A stretch of DNA of 54,699 nt from a virus (taxonomy: Duplodnaviria > Heunggongvirae > Uroviricota > Caudoviricetes). Position numbers and translations under genes: made by a program. The stretch spans positions 1 to 54,699 of the IMG/VR virus record IMGVR_UViG_2974665086_000001; one strand, given 5' to 3'. Shown one piece after another: positions 36,339 to 46,500 of this stretch. Below the pieces are notes generated by a model, which saw only the letters and a list, made by a program, of their open reading frames with translations, was not told where the DNA came from and ran no database searches. Position 1 is the stretch's first letter. Each line of letters opens with the position of its first letter.

Positions 36339-37640
36339 ATGGATAGAGTTCAAAATGCTTTATGGAATCGTGATGGTAGCAATGTTAACCTTAGTTTCGA
36401 TATGCAGAAGATTGCAGACGAGAATGAGCGTATTGTTATTGGCTTTGCGACCCTAGATAATCTAGACCTTACAAGCGATATTGTTACGGCTGATGCAAGT
36501 TTAAAGGCATTCAGTCGTTTCCGTGGAAATGTTAGATTGCAACATGACAAGTCAAAGCCAGTTGGTAAGGTAATTAGTTTCCAGCCAGCTAGTTATTACG
36601 ACGAAGCGACGCAAATGGAATACTCAGGTATTCAGGTTGCAGTTCGTGTGTCAGAAGGCGCGGAAGACGTTTGGAAGATGTGTCTTGACGGCACTCTTAC
36701 AGGATTCTCTATTGGTGGAGCCGTCTTAAAGACCTCCGATCTATATCGTGAAGATATCGGCAAAAGAGTTAAGGTAATTGAAGAGTACGCTCTTCTGGAA
36801 CTTTCTCTTGTTGATAGTCCAGCCAACCACTTAGCCAATATTCAAATCGTTAAGGCTCTCAGTCTAGATGGTATGGAAAAGGGTTACGATTCTTACAATC
36901 TGTTCTGGTGCGGCATCGATCGCGTAGCAACTAGAAGCAAGAATGATTCTCACGTGTGCCCCGATTGCTCAACAGCAATGGCTAACATGGGTTCTATTGA
37001 ACAGAATGAAGATATTAAAACACAACTAGACAAGGTACTAAAGAGCCTTGATATTGATATGGAAGGAGGTCAGTCAAATATGGCAGACACAACATTAACT
37101 ATTGAAAAGGGTGAGGACGGTGCAGAGATTGCATCCGTTGACGAAGTTTCGGTAACTGAGGGATCAGTTGCAGCAGCACCAGTCGAAGAAGCACCCGAGG
37201 CGACAGAAGAAGCTACCGAAGAAGTAGCAACTGATGAAGTTGCAGAAGGCGAAGGCGAGGATGAAACTCCAGCCGATGCTAATGCAGAAATTAAGGCTTT
37301 AATTCAGCAGCTTGCAGAAACAGTTGAGGCATCTACCGGCAAGGTATCAAAGGATGCAACAGAAATTCGCGCAGAGGTTGAAAAGGTAAGTTCTGAACTT
37401 ACAGGTCGTTTTGAAAAGCTAGAAAAGGAATTGAAGACATTCCAAGATGCTCAGGACGAACTAAAGGAAAAGATTAGCACTACAACTGCTGGCTTAGAAG
37501 AGACACGCAAGCGTCTTGACGATGCAGTCGAAGGCACTGCAATGCAGAAGTCAGTAGATGTAGCAACAACAACAAAGACTCCCGAAGCACCAAAGAGTAA
37601 ATTCCAAGGTCTTTTTTCGGGCGATTACGGACGCGAATAA
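36339..37640 (+). CDS. Prohead protease (HK97-like) fused to an acidic scaffold domain
   Basis: DLTSD, VRLQH, GKV, LTGFSIGG, ELSLVDSPAN; E/A-rich coiled-coil C-terminus. The track start at 36327 overlaps a -10 box. Confidence 0.88.
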   Translation: MDRVQNALWNRDGSNVNLSFDMQKIADENERIVIGFATLDNLDLTSDIVTADASLKAFSRFRGNVRLQHDKSKPVGKVISFQPASYYDEATQMEYSGIQVAVRVSEGAEDVWKMCLDGTLTGFSIGGAVLKTSDLYREDIGKRVKVIEEYALLELSLVDSPANHLANIQIVKALSLDGMEKGYDSYNLFWCGIDRVATRSKNDSHVCPDCSTAMANMGSIEQNEDIKTQLDKVLKSLDIDMEGGQSNMADTTLTIEKGEDGAEIASVDEVSVTEGSVAAAPVEEAPEATEEATEEVATDEVAEGEGEDETPADANAEIKALIQQLAETVEASTGKVSKDATEIRAEVEKVSSELTGRFEKLEKELKTFQDAQDELKEKISTTTAGLEETRKRLDDAVEGTAMQKSVDVATTTKTPEAPKSKFQGLFSGDYGRE

Positions 37641-37707
37641 TCCTACCAGAACTTTTGCTAAGTAACAAAACTTTTTACAAAATACACAGAAATGAAAGGA
37701 GCTACAC

Positions 37708-38709
37708 ATGAGTAACAACGAAATGCTTGAAAAAGTAATCACTACAATGGGGATTGCTGCCGATGGTAACGGATTTTTGTCCGTAGATCAGGCCAAGTCA
37801 TTCATTGACTTTATTTGGGATGGTCGCGTGTTGTTTAACGACGCACAGAAGATCGTTATGACTGCCCCTGAAAAGGAATGGTATGCGGCTGCTGTAGGTG
37901 CACGTATTGTGCGTAAGGCTACAGAAGCAGTTGACACAGGTGAGAACGCAAGTGCGCAGTTCACACGTGTTTCATTGCGTACAACAAAGGTACGTCTTGA
38001 CTGGGAAATCTCAACCGAGTCACTAGAAGATAACATTGAGGGAAGAGGTCTTGATGACCACTTGGCTCAGCTATTCGGACACCAGTTCGGACAGGATATT
38101 GAGGAACTATCTATTCACGGTGATGACACATCATCAGATAAGCTTCTAAAGACATTCGACGGTTGGCACAAGCTTGCTCTCGAAGGTGGACGCGTAGTAA
38201 CTCACGCAGGCGCAGGTGCTTTGGGTCGTCAGGACTTTAACAAGGCTCTAAAGGAAATGCCACGTAAGTACCTATCTCGTAAGTCAGACTTCAAGTTCTA
38301 CGGACCTACAAGTCTAGTTAACGATTACCTATTCAGCCAGTCTGAAATCGGTATCGTTCCTAACGAGATTATCGCTAACACACTACGTCAGTCACCTGTA
38401 ACAAGTGGCGCAGCAGGTTGGTCTACAAACTGGCCGTTCGGCGTGGAGCTAATCGAAGTACCAATGTTCGATGCGCAGTTTAACCAGGTTAACGCTGCAA
38501 CAGGAACAAGCGGTGCAGATGATACATCGTTCATCGAGCTAACTACTCCAAAGAACCGTATTATCGGTATCCAGCGTGATATCCAGGTTGGCAAGGAATA
38601 CAAGATCAAGAAGGATGCTATCGAGTACACAATGTACCTACGATTTGCAATCGCTTGGCAGAACTTGGACGCTGTAGTAACAGTGGACAACATTCCAGTT
38701 CAGGACTAA
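37708..38709 (+). CDS. Major capsid protein (HK97 fold)
   Basis: Follows the scaffold; LDWEISTESLEDNIEG; strong RBS; terminator downstream. Confidence 0.9.
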   Translation: MSNNEMLEKVITTMGIAADGNGFLSVDQAKSFIDFIWDGRVLFNDAQKIVMTAPEKEWYAAAVGARIVRKATEAVDTGENASAQFTRVSLRTTKVRLDWEISTESLEDNIEGRGLDDHLAQLFGHQFGQDIEELSIHGDDTSSDKLLKTFDGWHKLALEGGRVVTHAGAGALGRQDFNKALKEMPRKYLSRKSDFKFYGPTSLVNDYLFSQSEIGIVPNEIIANTLRQSPVTSGAAGWSTNWPFGVELIEVPMFDAQFNQVNAATGTSGADDTSFIELTTPKNRIIGIQRDIQVGKEYKIKKDAIEYTMYLRFAIAWQNLDAVVTVDNIPVQD

Positions 38710-38724
38710 GGTCTAAAGGCTACA

Positions 38725-38752
38725 CCCCGGCTCTTAATTGAGCCGGGGTTTT
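38725..38752 (+). terminator. Intrinsic terminator after the capsid gene
   Basis: CCCCGGCTC-ttaatt-GAGCCGGGG-TTTT. Confidence 0.85.
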
Positions 38753-38777
38753 GTCGTAGTTATGATAGAATAGAAAC

Positions 38778-39182
38778 ATGAAGAGAATATCCCAATACAG
38801 CAAGCCCGAACTAATCGCGTTGTTCGAAAAGTATAACCTAGAGCTTCCTCAAACCAAGCCAGGAAAGCAACCAACCGTTAAAGAAATGGTGGTTCAGCTC
38901 GGTGTTTACGAGATTAACGACGAAACCCTTCGTAAGATGGAAGAAAAGCATGACTTCCAGCCTGACGAGAAGACTTATGAAAACATAGCGGCTACCTCAC
39001 CATCAGGTGACGTGGTGGTAATGATGACTCGCAAGAATCCTAGTTTTAACTTTAAGACGCACAAGTTTACGCAAGAACGTAGGTTTGTGCCTATGAGCGA
39101 GGAAGACGCGGAACAGCTTATCTCCATTTGGCCTGGTTTTCATAAAGCCACAAGAGAGGAAATTCAGCGTTATTACCGATGA
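38778..39182 (+). CDS. Hypothetical head-region protein
   Basis: ORF track; synteny. Confidence 0.7.
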   Translation: MKRISQYSKPELIALFEKYNLELPQTKPGKQPTVKEMVVQLGVYEINDETLRKMEEKHDFQPDEKTYENIAATSPSGDVVVMMTRKNPSFNFKTHKFTQERRFVPMSEEDAEQLISIWPGFHKATREEIQRYYR

Positions 39183-40060
39183 AAGAAATTTATAGTTCCG
39201 AACCAAACAAGGCAAAGCTGATCACAGCTATCCAAGGACAACCGACTACACCACAGAGTAAGTCGGGTTCTATTCGTGTCACAAACGACAAGGTTACATA
39301 TACCGATTCAACACCGATTGAGTTTATGCAGCTAGACAACGGCGACTTCGAATACATCATTCCACAGGATTTAGTTAACGGTTATCGCTTTGCAGAAGTA
39401 ACAATCGAATACACGTTGCCTTATTACGGATCGTTTAAGAAGGTTAACACGTATGAAATCACCAGAAGATTGTTTGACTTTGATGAAATCAATGACGTTC
39501 TGGGCGAAGACTTAGCGATTGAGTACAACGTATTCACAGAAGCAGAAGTCAATGTCCGTAAGATTATCGAGTCTCACTGCAAGCAGCGTTTCGATAGTTG
39601 GATAGGAACTCAGAAAGTCGCGGGTAAGGATAATAATCTTATGCTTCCCGAACATATGGACAGATTAGATGGTGTGACAATCGTTTCAGATATAATTCTC
39701 AATGGCCTTAGTTTGCCTATGAGTGGATATGAACTGTCTGAAACAGGATTCCAGATTAACAATGATGCTCGCAATAAGACAATTACGTTTTTGCATCAGA
39801 ATCCACGCACAACTAATTTTCATATTACAGGTCTATGGGGTTACTCAAGCGTGCCTACAGCCGTGAAGCAAGCAGCATTATTGCTCGCCAAGGGTTTCTT
39901 ATGTGACGATATTGAATACAGAGCTAGATTTATTCTGGCTATCACTAATGGTGATACTCGTATCCAGTTCAGTCCAGAAGCATATGTAGACAGCACAGGT
40001 AATCCAATCGTAGACACTTTGCTAGCACCTTACGTCAGATTCATCTACGGAGCAGTGTAA
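39179..40060 (+). CDS. Head-to-tail adaptor
   Basis: ITGLWGYSSVPTAVKQAALLLA...LLAPY motif typical of gp15/gp6-like adaptors. Confidence 0.75.
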   Translation: MKEIYSSEPNKAKLITAIQGQPTTPQSKSGSIRVTNDKVTYTDSTPIEFMQLDNGDFEYIIPQDLVNGYRFAEVTIEYTLPYYGSFKKVNTYEITRRLFDFDEINDVLGEDLAIEYNVFTEAEVNVRKIIESHCKQRFDSWIGTQKVAGKDNNLMLPEHMDRLDGVTIVSDIILNGLSLPMSGYELSETGFQINNDARNKTITFLHQNPRTTNFHITGLWGYSSVPTAVKQAALLLAKGFLCDDIEYRARFILAITNGDTRIQFSPEAYVDSTGNPIVDTLLAPYVRFIYGAV

Positions 40061-40488
40061 TGGTTTCGTGCCTAGCAGCAGCAGCGTACACGATGAAGGC
40101 CGACGTATGGGACCAAGTATTGACGTATGACGAAAATACAAATGAAACTGTACGTAACTGGATATTCGTCAAGACTATTAAGTGTCTGGCGTTTCCTTAT
40201 GTTGACGGCGGTATTCATGGTGCCGGTACCAAAGAAGACTTTAGAGAGAAGTACGTCAACTCTGATTATGCTCGTCTAAAGTCTATGACTAACCTGACTA
40301 AGCGTGCTCGAATCACAAATATTCGAAATGCTCGTACAGGTCAGTTGCTATGGTCGGATGAAGATACAGACAACGATCCGGCGACGGTGTTCAACGTGGA
40401 TGGTTGTATCCCATTAATCAATCCTATGACCGGCCGCGTTAATGAGTATCTAACAATGTTGTCAAGAGCCGAGGTTTCAGCACCTTGA
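40060..40488 (+). CDS. Head-to-tail stopper
   Basis: Size and synteny. Confidence 0.55.
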   Translation: MVSCLAAAAYTMKADVWDQVLTYDENTNETVRNWIFVKTIKCLAFPYVDGGIHGAGTKEDFREKYVNSDYARLKSMTNLTKRARITNIRNARTGQLLWSDEDTDNDPATVFNVDGCIPLINPMTGRVNEYLTMLSRAEVSAP

Positions 40489-41291
40489 CCACAGTAACGG
40501 CAAGCGTTGATACGTATGGTGCAGAAGTTTCAATCGGAACTTTGTACTATGCAATTGAGAAAATCAAAAAGGGTGCTATTAATGACCCTGTACTCGACGC
40601 TGCCTTTACTTATCTAGAAGCTGCCTTTCTCGCACACGTGAGGGAAGAAGCATCTGGAAAACGACGTTTGACTCACGTATTCGATTACGGAGTTGACGGG
40701 GGTTTGGGAAATCCACTATGGAAGCTTGTTAAGAGTGGCACCAAGGCAAACATTGTTGTGGGCTACACATTCATAGAATCAGATAATCCAGTACCCATTC
40801 CAGAAGAGTTGCAGGGCAAAATTACCTCGCAGCACATCTTCCGTGAAAAGGCACAGATTCTAGAATCAGCAGCACCAGTGATCATTGCTCGTAAGAATGC
40901 TAAATGGTTGGTCTACATCAATCACCGAGCAGGTGCAGGTTTCGTGGATAACACACCTGGCTTCACAAAAGGCAATACAACATTTCACAAGGGCGCAAGT
41001 TACATCGAACGTGCCGGTGGTGGAAAGTTTCAGAACCAGTTCGACAATGAGTTCTTCACTTGGTGGAGTTTGTCAGCCGGTAAAGAAGCTACCTTGGATT
41101 TTCTGGCGAATAAGTTAACCCGACAGGTCGCAGTTCAGTCAGCTCGTTTCGCGAGTGCTAAGCGTCGTGTTGCAATTTATCGCGGTAAGGCTGCAAAGCC
41201 AGATGCCACACCAGAGGCTAAGGCGAAAGCCGAAGCAATGATCCAAGAGATTACAAAACAATGGAAGGGGACAAGACGTGCCCAATTATAA
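40485..41291 (+). CDS. Tail completion/neck protein
   Basis: Synteny; TTG start overlapping the upstream TGA. Confidence 0.5.
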   Translation: MTTVTASVDTYGAEVSIGTLYYAIEKIKKGAINDPVLDAAFTYLEAAFLAHVREEASGKRRLTHVFDYGVDGGLGNPLWKLVKSGTKANIVVGYTFIESDNPVPIPEELQGKITSQHIFREKAQILESAAPVIIARKNAKWLVYINHRAGAGFVDNTPGFTKGNTTFHKGASYIERAGGGKFQNQFDNEFFTWWSLSAGKEATLDFLANKLTRQVAVQSARFASAKRRVAIYRGKAAKPDATPEAKAKAEAMIQEITKQWKGTRRAQL

Positions 41292-41826
41292 GCAAATGCC
41301 TTTGACAGTGATTAACAAGTACCTTAGCGACACACTATTCGACGCTGGGATTATGTATAAGGAAATCACGATTAACGGTAAGAAGCAACCAACTATTATT
41401 CCAGCAGCTCAGACACCAGAGTTAAACGACTCGGGCGCGGTGGGCGATGAAAGACAAACAACCTTTATGGTTTACACGTTGGTATTGGACGAAGACGAAC
41501 AACAGGATTGGTCGGACTGCGAGAAAATGGAATTCACAATCTACGCACCGACCGTATCTAAGATACTAGAGGTCATCTACTGCTTTAAGGATTCGTTCGG
41601 TAGAGGATATTCATCAGCAGATGAAATCAATGACTGGCAGGTATCAAAACTAGCACCAGGCGAAGACATATATTTTGAGTTTCTAGCGACAAGCTGGAAG
41701 GTGATTATTGGTCCTAGCGCTACTCGAACAGAGGGCGGTAGGTATGGTGCTGCAATTGAACTCCATTATGAATACACATACCCAGTTACTACTAAGCCTA
41801 ATGGCTCGGTAGGCAAGAGAGTTTAG
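41278..41826 (+). CDS. Tail terminator-like protein
   Basis: Immediately before the major tail gene. Confidence 0.55.
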   Translation: MPNYKQMPLTVINKYLSDTLFDAGIMYKEITINGKKQPTIIPAAQTPELNDSGAVGDERQTTFMVYTLVLDEDEQQDWSDCEKMEFTIYAPTVSKILEVIYCFKDSFGRGYSSADEINDWQVSKLAPGEDIYFEFLATSWKVIIGPSATRTEGGRYGAAIELHYEYTYPVTTKPNGSVGKRV

Positions 41827-41855
41827 TTGAGAATCCTACCACAAAATGATATAAT
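41827..41855 (+). promoter_or_regulatory. SigA-type promoter for the major tail gene
   Basis: TTGAGA-17 bp-TATAAT with extended TG. Confidence 0.7.
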
Positions 41856-41923
41856 ATAACACAGGTAGGATTTAATTCGCAATTAGATATTTTTCACTTT
41901 AGAAAGGAGCTAAGAAATCTAAT

Positions 41924-42592
41924 ATGGCATACAATGTAAAGAACATTATTTTCGGTGCTGCGGCAATTTACTTTTCCGTAGACAGTTCTGATTCAGCAGC
42001 GTGGGCAGGTTCAGTAGACTTGCCAGCATATTCAACAGGTTCAGCAGCAGCAGCACTGGAAGCAGATGCAGCTAGCGGTTCGCCTAAGTGGAAGCACGCA
42101 GGCTTTACCTCAGAAGGCGTGGAGGTAGAATACTCACCCGAGTTCACTGACGTAGAAGTTGACCAGTTGCTAGACGCAGCTTTGATCTTCAAGACAAAGC
42201 AGTCTGTGACAGTAAAGACAACTCTGTCGGAAGCTACACTTGAGAACTTGCAGTTTGTTTGGGGTCTCCCAGCAAGTTCACTTAAGGTTAGTGGTACAGG
42301 GTTCGACGGTACAGCTCTCCCAGCAGGAGACAAGGAAATCGGTATTCACGAAGGTGCACTTGGTGATTACCCAGTTGAACGATCAATGGCATTCGTTGGC
42401 GCAGGCCCACGAGTACAGGGTTCAAAGACTGAAAGAGTATATCACTTGCGACGTGTTCTACAGACAGAAGCATCAAGCTTTGGTCTAAAGAGAGCGGAAA
42501 CAACAATGTTCCCTGTTTCGTTCCGTTGTCTTCCTGACCCTTCTCGCACAGGTTCAGGCTACGGTACAATCAGAGACCGTAAGTACACATAA
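41924..42592 (+). CDS. Major tail protein
   Basis: GFTSEGVEVEYSPEFTDVEVDQ, VKTTLSEATLENL, FPVSFRCLPD. Confidence 0.88.
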   Translation: MAYNVKNIIFGAAAIYFSVDSSDSAAWAGSVDLPAYSTGSAAAALEADAASGSPKWKHAGFTSEGVEVEYSPEFTDVEVDQLLDAALIFKTKQSVTVKTTLSEATLENLQFVWGLPASSLKVSGTGFDGTALPAGDKEIGIHEGALGDYPVERSMAFVGAGPRVQGSKTERVYHLRRVLQTEASSFGLKRAETTMFPVSFRCLPDPSRTGSGYGTIRDRKYT

Positions 42593-42611
42593 GGTTTAAT
42601 AAATCTTATGC

Positions 42612-42648
42612 AAGCGGGCAACTAGTTTATTCTAGTTGCCCGCTTTGC
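42612..42648 (+). terminator. Hairpin after the major tail gene
   Basis: AAGCGGGCAACTAG-tttatt-CTAGTTGCCCGCTT. Confidence 0.8.
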
Positions 42649-42701
42649 TATCTCTATGATACTATTTAGTTATGTTTTACAACAGAAAGGTTACACAATA
42701 A

Positions 42702-43184
42702 ATGGCAAATAAGAAGTATTACACATCTGAGGTTATTGAATTTCAGAACGGCGATAAGACAGTCGCTAAGCCACTCACACTCAAGAAGCTAAAGGCTTTC
42801 TCTGAGGTTTGGTCAGATTACAACGACGGCTTGCAGGCCGTATCAGCCTTTATGCGCAAGCTCGAAGAAGATGCTCTCGCAAAGGACAAGAAGCTAACCA
42901 AGGAAACGGTTGATATCGAAGCTTTGTTCGAACTAGCTAAGGCTAGTGGTGAAGTTCCAGAAGAACTTGAGAACTCACCTAGTTACATCGACACTTTGGC
43001 TGCAACAAGTTTGATTGCACTTTCTAAGTGGGGCGTAACAAATGACAAGGAAAAGCCTGTCAACGTAGATTTGGAATACATCGAGGAAGAACTTGACGTA
43101 GCAACACTAAGTAGAATTAATGAAATCGCTGGATCAATGCAGCTCGGAGATATCTCCGATGATGTTGAGGGAAAAGCAAGCTAG
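42702..43184 (+). CDS. Tail assembly chaperone (gpG-like)
   Basis: Between major tail and tape measure; ends with the slippery site. Confidence 0.85.
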   Translation: MANKKYYTSEVIEFQNGDKTVAKPLTLKKLKAFSEVWSDYNDGLQAVSAFMRKLEEDALAKDKKLTKETVDIEALFELAKASGEVPEELENSPSYIDTLAATSLIALSKWGVTNDKEKPVNVDLEYIEEELDVATLSRINEIAGSMQLGDISDDVEGKAS

Positions 43185-43513
43185 GAATAGGTCTTGACGA
43201 CTTAGAGTTAATCAGACTTGAAGAATATGTTTTCACCCTGGGAATCTGGAAATCGATGGATGAACTGGAAGAAAACTTAAATATGGAAGAGCTTCACAGA
43301 CACTTTATAACTCTAAGACGACAAGAGCACGAACAACGAACATTCATGGCGGCTATGAAGGGCGTAGAAATGAAACCCTTTGAAGACCCGGATATGGAAG
43401 ATGTTGTTAGTGCAGAGCAAGTTAAGGAAAATGCTATGAGACGTAGAGCTGAGTTTCTTGGTATTAAGCCTGATGATGACACCGATAATGAGTTCGGTTA
43501 CGAAATGGAATAA
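43169..43513 (+). CDS. -1 frameshift extension of the tail chaperone (gpGT-like)
   Basis: G GGA AAA heptamer at 43169-43175; the -1 frame is open from there into ORF 43256-43513. Confidence 0.85.
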   Translation, partial: GKSKLGIGLDDLELIRLEEYVFTLGIWKSMDELEENLNMEELHRHFITLRRQEHEQRTFMAAMKGVEMKPFEDPDMEDVVSAEQVKENAMRRRAEFLGIKPDDDTDNEFGYEME

Positions 43514-43530
43514 GAATGGAGGAGTTTTAA

Positions 43531-46500
43531 ATAGCTAACGCACGATCTACAGTAACTATTGGTTTTCAGACCACTGGTGCCAATACAGCCATGCAACAAA
43601 TGGCGAAGCTAAGAGCACAGCTTGCTTCGCTTAATACTGCTATGGCGTCACGTACTCAATTGCCCGTTGTAATGAACGGTCCTTTGAGAGATATGGATCA
43701 ACTCACTAAGAGAATCCAGCAAGGTAAAATCTCATCGAAGGAGTTCAACGATACTCTGTTTAAGCGTAACAAGCTTATGGAGTACCAGAACCGTCTTCAG
43801 AAGGCGAACCTTGCAAACGCTAGGCAAATTGGTACATCTGGTAGATTCGCGGGTCAGCTAAATATTCCTCAGCTTAACGCCCAATCTGCTGCTATGAAGA
43901 GAACGGCAGCAGATTGGGCTACCATGTCGGCGGCAGCTAAGTCGTATGGTCGCTCGGTGCAAGACGCCGGTAAGAACATGGCCTTTATGGGTCGTCAGTC
44001 GTTGCTATCAATTACAGCTCCCATTGTAGCTATCGGCGCGGCAACTGCTATGGCCTTTTATGATGTTGACAAGGGTCTAACAAACATCGTTAAGGTTTAC
44101 GGTGACAGCCGAGATAAGATTCAGGCATCAGCGAATGATATTCGTGATGCAAGTATGTCCTTGGCTAAAGACCTGGTAAATGGTCTAGGTACATCTGTTA
44201 ACGATACTTTGAAGTTGGCAGGCGCTTTCGCAGCTTTGGGTGAGTCTGGTACAAACCTAGACAACATGACAACTCAGGCAGCAAGACTTATGCGCCTTGG
44301 TGACGTAACTACTGAATCAGCTACAAAGATGATCAGTACACTTCGTACAGTTTTCAGTCTCTCAGGCAGCGGCCTGTCAGAGGCTATTAACTATGCCAAC
44401 GAAATGGAAAACAGTACAACTCTTACAATGCAAGATTTCTCGGATGCATTGCCTAAGATTGGTCCTATTGTTAAGGCATGGAACGGTGACATTAAAGACG
44501 CCGGTACAATTCTAGAAGCTTTTACACGTTCTGGTATTAATGCTGTCGAAGGTGCTAACGCACTTAAGTCAGGTTTCGCTAAGCTATCTCGTACAACACC
44601 ACAGCTTCGTAACATGTTTGACGAAATGACTGGTGGTAAAGACCTAGATGCAATTGTTAAGCAGTATCAGGGTGACGTACCGAAGATTCTAGCTGAAATT
44701 GGTAAAATCCAGGATGCACAGAACTGGGACCGCTACAAGCGTGGTAAGTTTGCTTCTCAGCTATGGGGCGCACAACAGCTTGCTCGTGGTATGGCACTTA
44801 CAGAAAACCTAGCAAATCCGGGTGCCCAGAGAGCACAGGATATCGCTGCCAAGAGTAGAGAAGAACTTGCTGCCATTGCTCAGCGAGAAATCGACGCTAT
44901 TATGAACAGCGCAAGTGCTAAGTTTGACGTAGCCTTGCAGAACATGAAGCTATTCGCCGCACAGATCGGTGAAAAGGTTCTACCGCTTATTACTAGCATG
45001 ATTCAGGGATTTATGAAGGTCGGTGAATTTATTCACAAGGCTTATCAGAACTTCCGTGAGTTCACAGGACCAATCGGTGACCTTCTCGCATTCGTTGGTA
45101 AGCTAACTGCTGGACTTCTAGTAATGATGGGTCCAATTATGCTTATGATCGCCGCTGCTAAGATGATTAAGGGTACTCTGATTCGAGGTTGGGGCGCTGT
45201 AGTTGGCGATAGAATGACTAAGCGTGCTGGTGGTAATGCAAGTACATTTAGTACCGCAGAACAAAAGGCAAGTCAATTAAGTTCAACTAAGATTACTCAG
45301 GCTCATCAGGCTCAGAATCGTTCATACGCTAGCTTGCAGAGTGCTGTAAACAGACTTACATCTACATACAATGCACAGGCGACTGCTGCTCAGAGAGCTG
45401 CAACGTCTAACTTGGCAGCTTCTAATACAAATGCCGCCGCTGCACAAAGATTAAATGCAATTACTGCACAGGGTGCACAGCAAAGAGCACAAGCTGCTCA
45501 GGCTGCTGTATTGGCGACAAAGCAAACAACTAGTGCAACCAGAGCACAGACAAGAGCTATCTCGGGTCAGACTTTGGCGGTAAGCAGTAATAACGCTGCC
45601 ACACGTAGTAGTTTCACTTTGCGTCAACAAGCTATGCGTACCGATGCTAATACAGGCATGAATACTTCTCCTCCAAAGAACACTTTGTTAAGTTCTAATG
45701 GTGGACGATGGGAACAGAACACACGTTCTGGCGATATCGCACGTCTAAACAGCGATGGTTCTCGTAGCCCGGTAAGTGCTGCAAGTCAGGCTAGAATTCG
45801 TCAGGAATTCGCTAATCAGAGACTAGCTCAGCTAAACTCAGTAACTCAAGCTGCTGGGTTGAATGCGCGTGCCGCAAATGCACAATCAAGTGCAGTTGGT
45901 TCTAGCGCTCTAAATGCTAATACTAGCGCTACTGCTAGTCGTGTCGCTGCTGCAACTAGCACTTCTGCTGCTGCACTTGCGCCGGTAAACCCACTGATCC
46001 GTCAGGCTACAATCTCTCAGCGTGCCTTTACTGCTGCTTCTAACCAAACAGCACAGTCACTAGCAAGAGGCGTAGCGGGTAGTTACAGCTCCATTGTTGC
46101 TCGTCAGCAAAATGTAGTTGGATTGCAGAATAGAATTAATGCTGCTGTGTCTAAGGGTAATGCTGCAACTCGTTTGCAGGCTCTAACTGCTGCTCAGTCA
46201 GCACAGATGCAGAACAATACTTTGCTAGCGCAGAACGCTGGACGTAATGCAATGAATTCAATGTTTGTTTCTCAGGGTCGTCAATTGACTCCACAGCAAC
46301 AGCGTAAGAATGCAATGCAGGCTAGAATGCAAAACTTAATGGCAACTCAGGGCAATCGCGCTGGTGCACCATCAAGTTTGATTGGTACTCAGGCTCCCGC
46401 TAATACTGCTGCAATGGCTCGTAACATGACTGTTACAGCCGATAGAGCAGGCGATGTTGGTCAAAAGCTAGGTGGCGCTCTAGTAGTAACAGGTCTGCTA

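Noticed and set aside
45200-46450. Ala/Gln/Ser-rich stretch in the tape measure as a repeat element or insertion
   Set aside because: Low-complexity helical regions are ordinary in tape measures, and no nucleotide-level repeat was seen.
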